The translations under genes and the position numbers were made by a program. Source: Myxococcota bacterium (GTDB lineage Bacteria > Myxococcota > UBA727 > JAHDBA01). From it: a stretch of DNA of 64,000 bases. Location of the stretch: positions 155,881 through 219,880 of the forward strand of contig JAHDBA010000001.1 in assembly GCA_020630615.1 (NCBI GenBank), given 5' to 3'. Shown here one piece after another: positions 1-9,478 of this stretch (the first letter of the stretch is position 1; every line of letters starts with the position of its first letter). A model generated the notes under the pieces. The model was not told the DNA's origin. It saw only the letters and a program-made list of their open reading frames with translations, and did no database searches.

Positions 1-1
1 G

Positions 2-2017
2 TCAAGTCTCTGGGCCTTAGCTGGGACGCTGAACGCGCAAGGCGCCTCAGTTGGTAGCAGTGGGGTCAGTGCGCAGACGTTGTCGCCGGTGCCAGTAGAC
101 CCGTGGCTACCCGCGTTGGATGCGTCAGGAATTCTTGACGTTGAAAGTGCAGTGAAGCGCGAACACCTCGATACTCATGTTGCGTTGAGTTATGCGTATG
201 CTGCCGGGCCTTTGGACCCAATCGTCAACTCTCGACAGAGTGCGCGGGTTCGAGCGTCGCTTGCGCTATGGCGCCGCATTCGTCTTGGCTTTGATATTCC
301 TTTTGTCGTTGCACACGATGCGACCCTGGGGGAAGCGCGTGGGCTCGGAGCCATGCGCTTCCAACTTGCGACACAACTCACACGTGCTTCGCTTCACAAC
401 ATCGACTTGCAAATGGGCATGAACCTTTCGCTGCCTGGAGTCGCTCCTGCTGACGATCTTATCGCACCCTCCACTTGGGCGATCGCACCCTATTTTGCGC
501 TCGGGCGGACCTTTGATTCAGGCTTTCGTGCGTACATGAACTTTGGCGGCGTGTTTCGGCCGGCAGAACGGGTCAATTCGCAACTCGAAATTGGTCAAGA
601 GGTGGATGCGCGATTGGGTTTGGCCTATGAAATTGGAGCATCGTCCCAATTCCCAGTTGGACTTCAAACTTCAATATCAACACGCCACCAAGTGTACCCT
701 TCTGCGGCGGTTCGAGGACAACAGGCTTGGTTGCAAAGCTCAGGAGGACTTTATCTTAAGATAATGCGACGTCTCAAGGCTGAGGTTTTTGGTTCGTATT
801 CCATTCTGAGACGCGACGGACTACCGACTTGGCGTGTCGGTGGTGGGCTGGCGTGGGTTCCTTCAGGTGCATTGGATGCAGACGGTGATGGGATCCTGGA
901 TGAGCGTGATCAATGCGACCAAGAATCTGAGGATTTTGATGGTTTTGAAGACAGTGATGGTTGCCCAGATTTTGACAACGACAAAGATGATATTTTTGAC
1001 GAAGAGGATCGGTGCCCAAGTGAGGCCGAAGACCATGACGCATTTCAAGATGACGATGGATGTCCGGATACCGACAACGACGGCGATGGAATTATCGATG
1101 GTAATGATCAATGTCCAAACCATGCTGAAGACTTCGATGGGCTGGATGACGATGACGGTTGTCCCGATGCGGACAATGACGGTGATGGAATCGATGATGG
1201 TCAAGACCAATGTCCAAGCGAAGCCGAAGATCGCGATGGATTTCAAGACGACGACGGATGTCCCGATGAAGACAATGATGGTGACAAGGTCGCTGATCGC
1301 GATGACAAATGTCCTTTTGCAAAAGGTCCCGCACGTTTGCAGGGGTGTCCTGCGATTGACCGCGATGATGATGGGGTCCTTGATGAACTCGATCTATGCC
1401 CGGATGTCGCTGGCCTACAGGAGAACCAAGGTTGCCCTGTAAACGATGCGGATGGTGATGGCTTGCTTGACCACTTGGATACATGCCCCGACGACAAAGG
1501 TGCTCCATATCTTTCCGGTTGTCCCGACCACGATCGTGACGGCATTCACGACCTTGCAGATCAGTGTCCTCAAAGTCCGGAGAACATTAATCTTGTGGAA
1601 GACCAAGACGGCTGCCCGGAGAAATCTCCAAGAGCACTCGTCAAGCGCTACCCGAAATCTTTTTCTTTACGCCAGGCCATTGTCTTTGATCCGAGTATCT
1701 CCGAGATCCGAGAGACCAGTCTTGTCGTAGTTGATCATCTCGCAGCGTATCTCAAAGTTCATCCCGAGGTGGAACTCGTAAAAATTGAATCCCATTCGGA
1801 TGACCGCGGAGGCTCAAAAGCCAATATGCGAAAGACACAAAAGAAAGCAGAGCTGATTCGTGATGCGCTCGTTGACCGTGGGGTGGACGGCTCAAGGATC
1901 AAAGCGGTAGGATTGGGCCAGAGCCTACCGATCGCAGATAACTTCACAGCGGAAGGGCGCCGGCAAAACAATCGGCTTGAGTTTCATATTCTAAAAGATG
2001 TTTCCCGAAGAAGGTAG
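2..2017 (+). CDS. OmpA-family outer-membrane protein with thrombospondin type-3-like Ca-binding repeats; 5' end cut by window edge
   Basis: Reading frame is open to position 1 (no upstream stop). Central region has ~16 tandem DxDxDGxxDxxDxCP units. C-terminus is an OmpA/peptidoglycan-binding domain (…SHSDDRGG…NRLEFHI). Confidence 0.8.
   Translation, partial: SSLWALAGTLNAQGASVGSSGVSAQTLSPVPVDPWLPALDASGILDVESAVKREHLDTHVALSYAYAAGPLDPIVNSRQSARVRASLALWRRIRLGFDIPFVVAHDATLGEARGLGAMRFQLATQLTRASLHNIDLQMGMNLSLPGVAPADDLIAPSTWAIAPYFALGRTFDSGFRAYMNFGGVFRPAERVNSQLEIGQEVDARLGLAYEIGASSQFPVGLQTSISTRHQVYPSAAVRGQQAWLQSSGGLYLKIMRRLKAEVFGSYSILRRDGLPTWRVGGGLAWVPSGALDADGDGILDERDQCDQESEDFDGFEDSDGCPDFDNDKDDIFDEEDRCPSEAEDHDAFQDDDGCPDTDNDGDGIIDGNDQCPNHAEDFDGLDDDDGCPDADNDGDGIDDGQDQCPSEAEDRDGFQDDDGCPDEDNDGDKVADRDDKCPFAKGPARLQGCPAIDRDDDGVLDELDLCPDVAGLQENQGCPVNDADGDGLLDHLDTCPDDKGAPYLSGCPDHDRDGIHDLADQCPQSPENINLVEDQDGCPEKSPRALVKRYPKSFSLRQAIVFDPSISEIRETSLVVVDHLAAYLKVHPEVELVKIESHSDDRGGSKANMRKTQKKAELIRDALVDRGVDGSRIKAVGLGQSLPIADNFTAEGRRQNNRLEFHILKDVSRRR
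890..1620 (+). repeat. Coding tandem repeat array (GAT/GAC-rich, ~105-120-bp periodic units) encoding TSP3-like repeats
   Basis: Near-identical nucleotide blocks recur, e.g. gatgacgatggttgtcccgatgcggacaatgacggtgatgg; the many antisense ORFs here are artefacts of the repeat. Confidence 0.6.
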
Positions 2018-2023
2018 AGTCTC

Positions 2024-2905
2024 ATGTTAACGCTACGTTCCATACCCATATGGACAGACAACTACATTCATATGCTGGACAACGGTCGGCATGCTATTGT
2101 GATCGACCCAGGTCTTTCGGAAGCAGTGCGTGAAGTGCTCGATGAAAATGAACTTCTTTTGAGTGCGATTCTAAATACCCACCACCACCCCGATCACGTT
2201 GGTGGCAATGTCGCGTTGCAAAAGCGGTACAATGTGCCCATTTATGCATCAACGTATGATGTTGAGGCAAAACGTATTCCCGGTAAAGTGACGCCCTTAG
2301 GTTGGGGCGATGAACTCAACATCATGGATTTTAACTTTCAGGTTCTGGATGCCGCTGCCCATACCATGGGGCATATTGCCTATCGATTTTCGAAGGGTGT
2401 TGAAAGAGCGTTGCGTGGCACGCACGAAACCCCAATGCCGAAAAGCGCAACCAATACACATGAGCGATACGCCTTTAAACTCGCGCCCGACTTGGCGCAT
2501 CGGCCAATTCTTTTTGTGGGGGACTCACTGTTCTTAGGAGGTTGTGGTCGACTTTTCGAGGGAAAGGCAGAAGATCTTTTAGGTGTGCTGCAGACCTTTG
2601 CTGCGGAGTCACCTGAGTCTGTCATTGCATGTGCGCACGAATACACACGAAAGAATTATGCCTTCGGTGTGAGTGTCTTGCCCGATTATGACCTTTTGCA
2701 GGGGATGCTCGATCGATTGATGTCATCACCAACACAACCAACCGTGCCAGGCCTCTTGAGTACAGAGCTTGCCTACAATCCTTTTCTTTTGGCATTAACG
2801 CCAGGTGCAAGCACTTTGGAGTGGGCGCCCGATGTTGATGCGGAGGCTCCACTCGAGCGAATCCGGAGACTCCGCGCTGCGCGAGACGTATTCGAACAAA
2901 GGTAA
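2024..2905 (+). CDS. gloB: Hydroxyacylglutathione hydrolase (glyoxalase II), metallo-beta-lactamase fold
   Basis: THHHPDHVGGN metal-binding motif and overall GloB-like sequence; ATG at 2024 directly after the upstream stop. Confidence 0.8.
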   Translation: MLTLRSIPIWTDNYIHMLDNGRHAIVIDPGLSEAVREVLDENELLLSAILNTHHHPDHVGGNVALQKRYNVPIYASTYDVEAKRIPGKVTPLGWGDELNIMDFNFQVLDAAAHTMGHIAYRFSKGVERALRGTHETPMPKSATNTHERYAFKLAPDLAHRPILFVGDSLFLGGCGRLFEGKAEDLLGVLQTFAAESPESVIACAHEYTRKNYAFGVSVLPDYDLLQGMLDRLMSSPTQPTVPGLLSTELAYNPFLLALTPGASTLEWAPDVDAEAPLERIRRLRAARDVFEQR

Positions 2906-3003
2906 CGTTTGAGAGGCTTTTGACTTTCATCTTTGCTTGGTGTGTTGCATGTTAAGTTCAGAACATTATGGTGCGATGTTTTCGTAATGCAGGAGCTTTA
3001 TTG

Positions 3004-3387
3004 ATGTCACGTATTCAAAATTACACGGAGTTCTTCCCTTATTATCTCAAGGAACATAGCAATCTCAAGTGTCGTGCATTGCACTTTGTGGGAACGAGCA
3101 TCGGCTTCATGTGTTTTCTACGTCTACTCACAACTGGAAATCTCAGGTGGGTTCTTTTGGGCCTTTTCTCAGGTTATCTCTTTGCTTGGATCGGGCACTT
3201 TATTTTTGAGAAAAATCGACCCGCAACCTTTAAGTACCCATGGTGGTCCTTCATTAGTGACTGGCGGATGTGGGGACTCATGTTGGTTGGAAAACTCTGG
3301 GAAAACAAAGACGTCTTGGTTCAAGCAGGGTATTCCTCTTCTGTCGAGAAAGTTCCTGTACCCGATGCGACGGGAGCCGCATCATGA
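3004..3387 (+). CDS. DUF962 (Mpo1-like) small membrane protein
   Basis: WIGHFIFEKNRPATFKYPWWSF motif typical of DUF962; AGGAG 8 nt upstream of ATG 3004; the ORF-track start at 2968 is probably too early. Confidence 0.55.
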   Translation: MSRIQNYTEFFPYYLKEHSNLKCRALHFVGTSIGFMCFLRLLTTGNLRWVLLGLFSGYLFAWIGHFIFEKNRPATFKYPWWSFISDWRMWGLMLVGKLWENKDVLVQAGYSSSVEKVPVPDATGAAS

Positions 3388-3872
3388 ACTCAAGAACAAA
3401 AGTGTTTGACTGCATTGAATCGGAGACACTGGATCACGTGGCTTCGACGCACGCCGCCAATGCCTTAGAAAGGGTACCAGACTACCGAAAGTTTTCGCGG
3501 TTTTGGGTCATGATTTCCGTCCTTATCTTTGTAGCCCTTGAGGCTCTGCTCAGTATGGGCGTGCAGCATTTCCTCGGTCCCTCACGCATGTCGGCAATGT
3601 TCACATTTCGCCTTGATATGCTAATGCATCTGGCGGCATATTTTAGTGGGGCATTCATTATTGGCTTTGTGTCTCCGGGTATCCGGATTGACGAGCCGTG
3701 CATTGGGGCACTTATCTCTGCGCTCTTAACATTGGCATACGGAATGTTCATGCCCAACCACTTCTGGGGAGTCACACCGGGTAAAGCACTCTTCGTCACT
3801 CTTTTTGTTGTGGGTGTTGCGTATGCCGGTTCACGCTTTGGGGAAAAGTCGAGCGGAGAACTCGTTGAGTAG
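3384..3872 (+). CDS. Hypothetical integral membrane protein
   Basis: ATG 3384 overlaps the upstream stop (ATGA); hydrophobic segments in the C-terminal two-thirds. Confidence 0.45.
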   Translation: MNSRTKVFDCIESETLDHVASTHAANALERVPDYRKFSRFWVMISVLIFVALEALLSMGVQHFLGPSRMSAMFTFRLDMLMHLAAYFSGAFIIGFVSPGIRIDEPCIGALISALLTLAYGMFMPNHFWGVTPGKALFVTLFVVGVAYAGSRFGEKSSGELVE

Positions 3873-4748
3873 GGTGTGTGCTTCAGGGCTCTTCCTATTT
3901 TTGGAATGGCCGTGACTTAAGGTTGTATACAAGGTCAGAAAGTCGCACTTCAGGTTGCTGCGATGAGCGAGTAATAGGGATAACTCCCCGAGAGTGGAAC
4001 CCGTTGTGATGACGTCATCAACAAGAATGAGACGCACTGATTTTTGCGCGAGTCTTTTCGAGAGGCGTTTTGATAGTTTTTTGAGTCGAAAGCGCGGGCC
4101 GTTGGTGTTGCGGGCTTGACGTGTTTGACTTCGTGTTGTTTGGTGAAGGCGCTTGCCACGCCAGCGCTCGAACGCTTCATCGAAATGCAGCCCTTTGTAC
4201 GTACGCACGACATCAAAAAGGGGGGCGGTGTCGAGCTCAAAGCATCTCGCAACTTCTTTCGCGATGATGTGTGCAAGATTGAACCCACGGCTCACAGCTT
4301 GCCTTCGACTCGTAGGTACCCAAGTGACTAAAACTTCATCATGAATATCGAGTATTGTAGCAATCTCTTGTTTGGAATGTTCAAGACATCGACGGGTTAA
4401 ACGACCCACACCACGTGCGTGTACTGGACACTCTCGTGCTTTTGCTTGGGTGAGTGGGAATTTAAAAGGCGCAAGAAAAGGCAGCAACGAGAGAGCTGTA
4501 GTGTGATCATCAAGGGTTTTGACTGCATTTTGTTTTCGCATTGCTCGAGAGCGGTACTCGTGGTGAGATTGGGAGGCGTCTTCGAAGTTTGGGTTCGTAG
4601 AGTCTCGCGAAGCTGCAACGCGGGGAACTAAATGTTTGATTTGCTCCAAGCACGTTTCAGACATCACGAGCTCGGCCCTCAAGCACGATGTGCAAATGGG
4701 TTTCAAATCAAGATGTTGCTTCGAGCAATAAAGACATGAAATTTCCAT
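3831..4748 (-). CDS. comF: ComF/GntX-family phosphoribosyltransferase (competence protein F-like)
   Basis: N-terminal double CxxC zinc-finger (CLYCSKQ…CTSC) and C-terminal PRTase motif LILVDDVITTGSTL; start taken at MEISCLYC. Confidence 0.6.
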   Translation of the reverse strand: MEISCLYCSKQHLDLKPICTSCLRAELVMSETCLEQIKHLVPRVAASRDSTNPNFEDASQSHHEYRSRAMRKQNAVKTLDDHTTALSLLPFLAPFKFPLTQAKARECPVHARGVGRLTRRCLEHSKQEIATILDIHDEVLVTWVPTSRRQAVSRGFNLAHIIAKEVARCFELDTAPLFDVVRTYKGLHFDEAFERWRGKRLHQTTRSQTRQARNTNGPRFRLKKLSKRLSKRLAQKSVRLILVDDVITTGSTLGELSLLLAHRSNLKCDFLTLYTTLSHGHSKNRKSPEAHTLLNEFSARLFPKA

Positions 4749-4883
4749 ACTAACCTTTGGCGTGCTCCCACTATTCTTGCGATCTTCAAGCAAAAAAAAT
4801 GCACAATGAATTGCGCATGAAAGTCGCGTGTCACGACATTCAGGTCGTTGACACCACTAAGCTGACTTGGTCTACTACGCGCA

Positions 4884-5909
4884 ATGGATCACCAAGGGGG
4901 CTCCTTGAAGCATGTTAAACGCCGAAGCTTGAAGTCCTATACCCAGAAGGGGGCAACCTTTTTCGTGTTGCTGACAGTAGTGCTGACCGTGTTGCTAATG
5001 TCAATGTCCCTGCAAGCTGAGACTCAAACCAAAGTGTTTTTGAATGGGGAGCCAGCACCTGTATTCTTCAATGATGGTGATAGTTTCCGAGTTTTAGGCG
5101 GTCGTTTCGCGGGATCGAAAGCCCGTCTCGCGGGTTTTAATACGCTCGAATCTCATGGCCCTGTGCACAGTTGGGGAACATGGACGACCAAAGAAATGTA
5201 CAACTTCGCAAAGATTGCGACGTGGCATGCACAAAAAGGCATTTGGCATTGCGAATCTGAAGACCTGTCGACCGATACCTATGGGCGGATTCTCTGGTAC
5301 TGCAAAGATCTTGCAATCGACCAGGTTCGACGTGGCTACGCACACGCAATGGTGATCGGCGACCTCCCATTTGAAAAAGAGATTCTCGAGGCCCAACATG
5401 ACGCCATCGATAATCGACGAGGAATCTGGGCACGCGGTGTACCGAATGTCATACTGACCTCGACCCATTCCACGTCAGAAGGTGGCGGCAAGGACGGCAA
5501 AACCTACAATCGTTTGGTATCGAGCAGAACTGCTCGGTCTTACAAATGGCAACACAATGATCGATACGGGGAATGCCAGAATGTGTGCGCGCAATATTAC
5601 GAAACCACGGACTCCGTTTTAGAAAAGGTTGCAACACAACTCAAAGCTGTGCCTGAACTCAAAAGTATTGTTTCAGGTGTTGAAGACCTAGAGCTGATTC
5701 AAAACATGGTTTCGCATGTCATGTACGATTCAATGACGATTTCGAAAGACAAAGATGAAAATGCAATGGTTGCGACGGTGCTTGACTCATTGCTCACACC
5801 TGATGTCATGAAGCATATTCGCCCAATTGCGGGCAAGAGTGAGAGTTGCATGGTTTACGTCGACTTCCAGAGACGATATGGGCCCGACAAAGCAAAGTGT
5901 TTAAGGTGA
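4884..5909 (+). CDS. Secreted SNase-like (thermonuclease/micrococcal-nuclease family) protein
   Basis: Signal-peptide-like N-terminus; NDGDSFRV…ARLAGFNTLE and GIWA motifs resemble the staphylococcal nuclease fold; an alternative TTG start at 4905 has a better RBS. Confidence 0.55.
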   Translation: MDHQGGSLKHVKRRSLKSYTQKGATFFVLLTVVLTVLLMSMSLQAETQTKVFLNGEPAPVFFNDGDSFRVLGGRFAGSKARLAGFNTLESHGPVHSWGTWTTKEMYNFAKIATWHAQKGIWHCESEDLSTDTYGRILWYCKDLAIDQVRRGYAHAMVIGDLPFEKEILEAQHDAIDNRRGIWARGVPNVILTSTHSTSEGGGKDGKTYNRLVSSRTARSYKWQHNDRYGECQNVCAQYYETTDSVLEKVATQLKAVPELKSIVSGVEDLELIQNMVSHVMYDSMTISKDKDENAMVATVLDSLLTPDVMKHIRPIAGKSESCMVYVDFQRRYGPDKAKCLR

Positions 5910-6027
5910 AGTGTCGAAGATGAAGGATCGAAATTTTAAATCACGCTAAAGTTGGCATTTGTTTGGCATTCAAAAGAGGTCCGTGCCGAGATTGAGACCG
6001 AATACAATTTTTGAGAGGTTAACGCGA

Positions 6028-7203
6028 ATGAGAGTTCAAAACACAGGTTCATACAAGCAGAGTTCAAAACTTTCGCGGGTGACTTTCTTTAAACTTTTGA
6101 CCTTTCTTTTATGCGTTACACCACTGCTCGCAGGAGGGATCTGTGCCTATGAACTGCCATCGCAAGCCGTGCTTGGTTATGAAAACAATGAAGACGCATG
6201 CCGCGATGGTGAAGACAATGACGGTGATCGACGTATCGATTGTGAAGATCCGGACTGTATGCTTGCTGACGCAACCTGTGGTGGTATCGAGCCTTTGATA
6301 CCCTTTTATGAAGAAGAGTCGAATTACTTAACTTGCACCGACGGAATCGATAACGATAATGATGGTACTTGGGACTGTGGTGAACGAACCTGCCAAGCCA
6401 TCTTGGAGCTGTGTTGCATCGGTGAGTTCACCAACAAAGACTGTTCGGATGGAATTGATAACGACGGAAACAACTTTACGGACTGCGAAGATTTTGGATG
6501 CTCAGGTCTTTTTACGACAGTTTGTGATGATGTCGTGACTTTATCCGCTAGTGAAACAGGTCAAGACTGTTACGATGGCATCGATAATGACGGAAACGGA
6601 TTCGGCGATTGTCGTGATTTTAGCTGTGCGGATGAATGTATTGGTGTTCCTTCGGAAAACTCAGAGGATGCCTGCAGCAATGGTGTAGACGACGATCGCA
6701 ACACCTATGTGGATTGCGATGATCGAAACTGTGAAAACACCGATTATTGTCGGGCGCGAAGCGAAACAACCTTAGAAAAATGTTCGGATGGGGTTGATAA
6801 CGATGAGAACGGCTACACAGATTGTGGCGATTTTTCCTGTTCTCGTTCTTTAGAACCAGAAATTATTCAACATTGTGCGGCGACCAATGAGGGCAATACT
6901 CTTGAGAGCTGTACCGATGGAATCGACAACGATGGCAATGGCTATGTCGACTGTGCAGACAACAGTTGTGCGATTTCTGCTCGTGACATCGAAGGGCGTA
7001 GTTGGTCTGCTGGCAAGCTCGCGTGTTCAGAGCTCGCACACGGTCAAGGCTATCGTGAAGCATGCTCAGATGGAATCGATAATGACGGCAATGGCTTCAC
7101 CGATTGTGAGGATGCGCATTGTATCTTTGCACCGGTTGATACGGGTTGTGCGCTTACAGATGGGGTCTGTGGTGCAACGCGCAATGATACGTTCACATAC
7201 TAA
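6028..7203 (+). CDS. Secreted protein made of 8 tandem Cys-rich CxDGxDNDGNGxxDCxDxxC repeats
   Basis: GAGAGG RBS before ATG 6028; hydrophobic signal sequence; eight ~22-aa repeats, each with 3 Cys and a DNDGNG acidic loop. Confidence 0.6.
   Translation: MRVQNTGSYKQSSKLSRVTFFKLLTFLLCVTPLLAGGICAYELPSQAVLGYENNEDACRDGEDNDGDRRIDCEDPDCMLADATCGGIEPLIPFYEEESNYLTCTDGIDNDNDGTWDCGERTCQAILELCCIGEFTNKDCSDGIDNDGNNFTDCEDFGCSGLFTTVCDDVVTLSASETGQDCYDGIDNDGNGFGDCRDFSCADECIGVPSENSEDACSNGVDDDRNTYVDCDDRNCENTDYCRARSETTLEKCSDGVDNDENGYTDCGDFSCSRSLEPEIIQHCAATNEGNTLESCTDGIDNDGNGYVDCADNSCAISARDIEGRSWSAGKLACSELAHGQGYREACSDGIDNDGNGFTDCEDAHCIFAPVDTGCALTDGVCGATRNDTFTY
6199..7113 (+). repeat. Coding array of 8 Cys-rich Asp/Asn/Gly repeats
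   Basis: Repeats CRDGEDNDGDRRIDCEDPDC … CSDGIDNDGNGFTDCEDAHC read directly from the translation. Confidence 0.7.
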
Positions 7204-7253
7204 TATTCCCATATTCGAGACTTCTTCAACGCTGAAAAAATCGAGGCAAAGTG

Positions 7254-9020
7254 ATGGTTAACAAAACAAAAACTCATGGACTAATCTTTCTGAGTGGTTT
7301 GATCGTATTCGGGTCAACCTTTCTACATGCTGCCGATAGCGTTGAGAGTGACGTCGTCAGTAACGACAGCGCTGCGGGTGGAACTTTAGAAGAAGTTGCA
7401 CCTCGTTTTGAAGAAGTCGCAAGTGAACTGGAAGAAGCTGGTAGCGCGAGCTCCGCGACCGATGAACCCGCATACCCTGTCGAGCAAAACTGTGGTGACA
7501 AAATTGATAACGACAACGACGCACTGATTGATTGTGCTGATGCAGATTGTTATTCGAGCCCAGAATGCAAAAGCAGTGGTGGTGCCGAAGCGACTGACGC
7601 ACTTTGTAGTGATTTTATTGATAACGATAACGATGGGTATAAAGACTGCGATGACAAAGACTGCCAAGTCTCGACTGTAAGCGTATGTCGTGGCTCGTGG
7701 GATCGTCAAGCCGCGTCGCGCAGTTCGTCACGCTCATCGACAATCCCTTTGGTGCCTGCACGCGGCGATACATCATCAGCTTTGAAGCCAGGTATGGACG
7801 TAGAAGAGCTCATCGGCACCAACGGGGATGCTGACGGTGAGCGCAACAATATCATGTGTGCTGATGGTATCGATAACGACGGTGACGGCATGACAGATTG
7901 TGATGATGTGGGTTGTCGCTTTGACCCGATGGTGACTGTGTGCCGCGGCGTACCCGGGTTACGCTTCTCGCTTGTTTCGCATGTGAGCGCTGAGTTAAAG
8001 CATCAGAGAGACTATGCCGGTAGTGTGGTGCCTGCTCCTTCAAACTATTTGGGGACACCGGCTGATTTCTTCAGTGATGGTAGTGCGGATGTGCGTTTTA
8101 GTGCGCTTCAGCTTCGTGTGTTTGGGCCGATGCCTGGTATTCAAGATTCTTTCTTCTTCATCTCAACCCGAATGGAGAAAACACCACGTCTAACTTTCGC
8201 AATGGCGCAGTTTCCGATTAAGAATGGCCACTTTTTTGGTGTGAACAGTGGTGGCGGGGGTCTATCAAACGCGCTGATTCGTTCTGTCGCAAAACGAGCG
8301 TTAATAGACCCGCCCTTTTATCTTTACTCTGCCTTTGAGCAAGGCAATGGTGCAGCGATCGAGTTCAATGGCCCCATCATCCCAGGGACAATGGATTACC
8401 GCCTGTTTTTAGCGGGTGGTGCTGGTGTATTCAACGGTAATGTTGGTGGGCGATTCTTTAGCTTTGATAACAACAACTTTACCTACAGTGCAGGCGGTCA
8501 ACTGACGTTAAGCCCAATCGGTTACTACAACCGTTGGGACACCGAGTATCTTTATGTACCGGTACCCACGACATTGGGTATCAATATTGGTGCGCGTTGG
8601 GATCAACGTTCACAAGAGCGCTTTCCTGCTGTGAATATCTCATCCGTACTTCGTGCAGGTCGCTTTATCGGTGCTTTAGAAGGTTATGGGAAACGCGAGC
8701 TGAACTTTGATTCGTGGCAAGGTGCTTACAACGTAATGGTTGGCGGTTTGTTGATACCCAAGTATTTGTTCGTGGCTGCCGATGTGGGTCAGTTCATTTC
8801 AACCGATATGAAAAACCCACCAGCGGTGTTTCAGACAGACCTGCGTCGCCAGCGTGATACCTTTCAATACCGGCTCGGTCTGCACGTCTATGTTTGGAAG
8901 AACCTTGGTGTTCTGTCAGCAATCTTCACAGATAACTTCGAGGGGCCAGGTCCAAACAACGATGGTGACCCGAACACCAATGAACGTTCAGTCAAGTTGG
9001 TTGGCCAGTTTCGATTTTAG
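7254..9020 (+). CDS. Outer-membrane beta-barrel protein with N-terminal signal peptide and 3 Cys-rich DNDxDG repeats
   Basis: GAGG RBS 7 nt before ATG 7254; repeats CGDKIDNDNDALIDCADADC, CSDFIDNDNDGYKDCDDKDC, CADGIDNDGDGMTDCDDVGC; C-terminal ~400 aa has alternating beta-strand character and ends in …VGQFRF (terminal Phe typical of OMPs). Confidence 0.6.
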   Translation: MVNKTKTHGLIFLSGLIVFGSTFLHAADSVESDVVSNDSAAGGTLEEVAPRFEEVASELEEAGSASSATDEPAYPVEQNCGDKIDNDNDALIDCADADCYSSPECKSSGGAEATDALCSDFIDNDNDGYKDCDDKDCQVSTVSVCRGSWDRQAASRSSSRSSTIPLVPARGDTSSALKPGMDVEELIGTNGDADGERNNIMCADGIDNDGDGMTDCDDVGCRFDPMVTVCRGVPGLRFSLVSHVSAELKHQRDYAGSVVPAPSNYLGTPADFFSDGSADVRFSALQLRVFGPMPGIQDSFFFISTRMEKTPRLTFAMAQFPIKNGHFFGVNSGGGGLSNALIRSVAKRALIDPPFYLYSAFEQGNGAAIEFNGPIIPGTMDYRLFLAGGAGVFNGNVGGRFFSFDNNNFTYSAGGQLTLSPIGYYNRWDTEYLYVPVPTTLGINIGARWDQRSQERFPAVNISSVLRAGRFIGALEGYGKRELNFDSWQGAYNVMVGGLLIPKYLFVAADVGQFISTDMKNPPAVFQTDLRRQRDTFQYRLGLHVYVWKNLGVLSAIFTDNFEGPGPNNDGDPNTNERSVKLVGQFRF

Positions 9021-9040
9021 GTTTTTGACTTTCTCGATTG

Positions 9041-9066
9041 AAGCGCGGTTTTCCGCGCTTTTTTCT
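9041..9066 (+). terminator. Rho-independent terminator
   Basis: aagcgcgg-tttt-ccgcgctt hairpin followed by TTTTT, 20 nt after the stop at 9020. Confidence 0.65.
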
Positions 9067-9082
9067 TGGGGTATTGTGAACT

Positions 9083-9442
9083 TTGAATCTGAGTTTAAAT
9101 GGGTTAAGCATCGTTATGCGGAAAAGTCGTTACACTTTAAAATCGGGTTTTGCACTTTCTTTAATATCTTTCAGCATTTTGGTTATCTTTTCGTATCGTC
9201 TTTTAGCACAAGTTGATCCAAATCAAGGCACAGCGGTCTCGACGCGTGGTGCTGCAATGCGAATCTTGGAGCCCACCCTTTATGACGCGGTGTTCCCTGT
9301 GATCGCTTTTATGCTGGTCATCGTTGTGCCAACCTTTGTTGCCCTGATGGTTATTGTTCGTATCGTTATGCAGACTCGACACGACCGGAAAGCCCTAATT
9401 GCATATTTGAATCGTGATTCGAATAACGGCGCCAAAGGTTAA
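9083..9442 (+). CDS. Small hypothetical membrane protein
   Basis: Two hydrophobic helices; weak RBS; start uncertain (9083 or 9116). Confidence 0.35.
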   Translation: MNLSLNGLSIVMRKSRYTLKSGFALSLISFSILVIFSYRLLAQVDPNQGTAVSTRGAAMRILEPTLYDAVFPVIAFMLVIVVPTFVALMVIVRIVMQTRHDRKALIAYLNRDSNNGAKG

Positions 9443-9478
9443 TTGACGTTCTCGAAATGCCAGAAGCGGGTGGTGGTT

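Noticed and set aside
190-422. Short ORFs 190..381(-) and 192..422(+)
   Set aside because: They are embedded in the continuous OmpA-family reading frame and are Arg/Ala-rich out-of-frame translations.
774-1606. Cluster of 90-200-aa ORFs on both strands (e.g. 834..1442+, 863..1246-, 1092..1508-, 1243..1545-) inside the OmpA/TSP3 gene
   Set aside because: They are low-complexity translations of the GAT/GAC-rich tandem repeat in alternative frames. The TSP3 frame is the only one giving a recognisable protein.
2409-2425. TGGCACG motif resembling a sigma-54 -24 element
   Set aside because: It lies inside the gloB coding sequence and lacks a correctly spaced TTGC -12 element.
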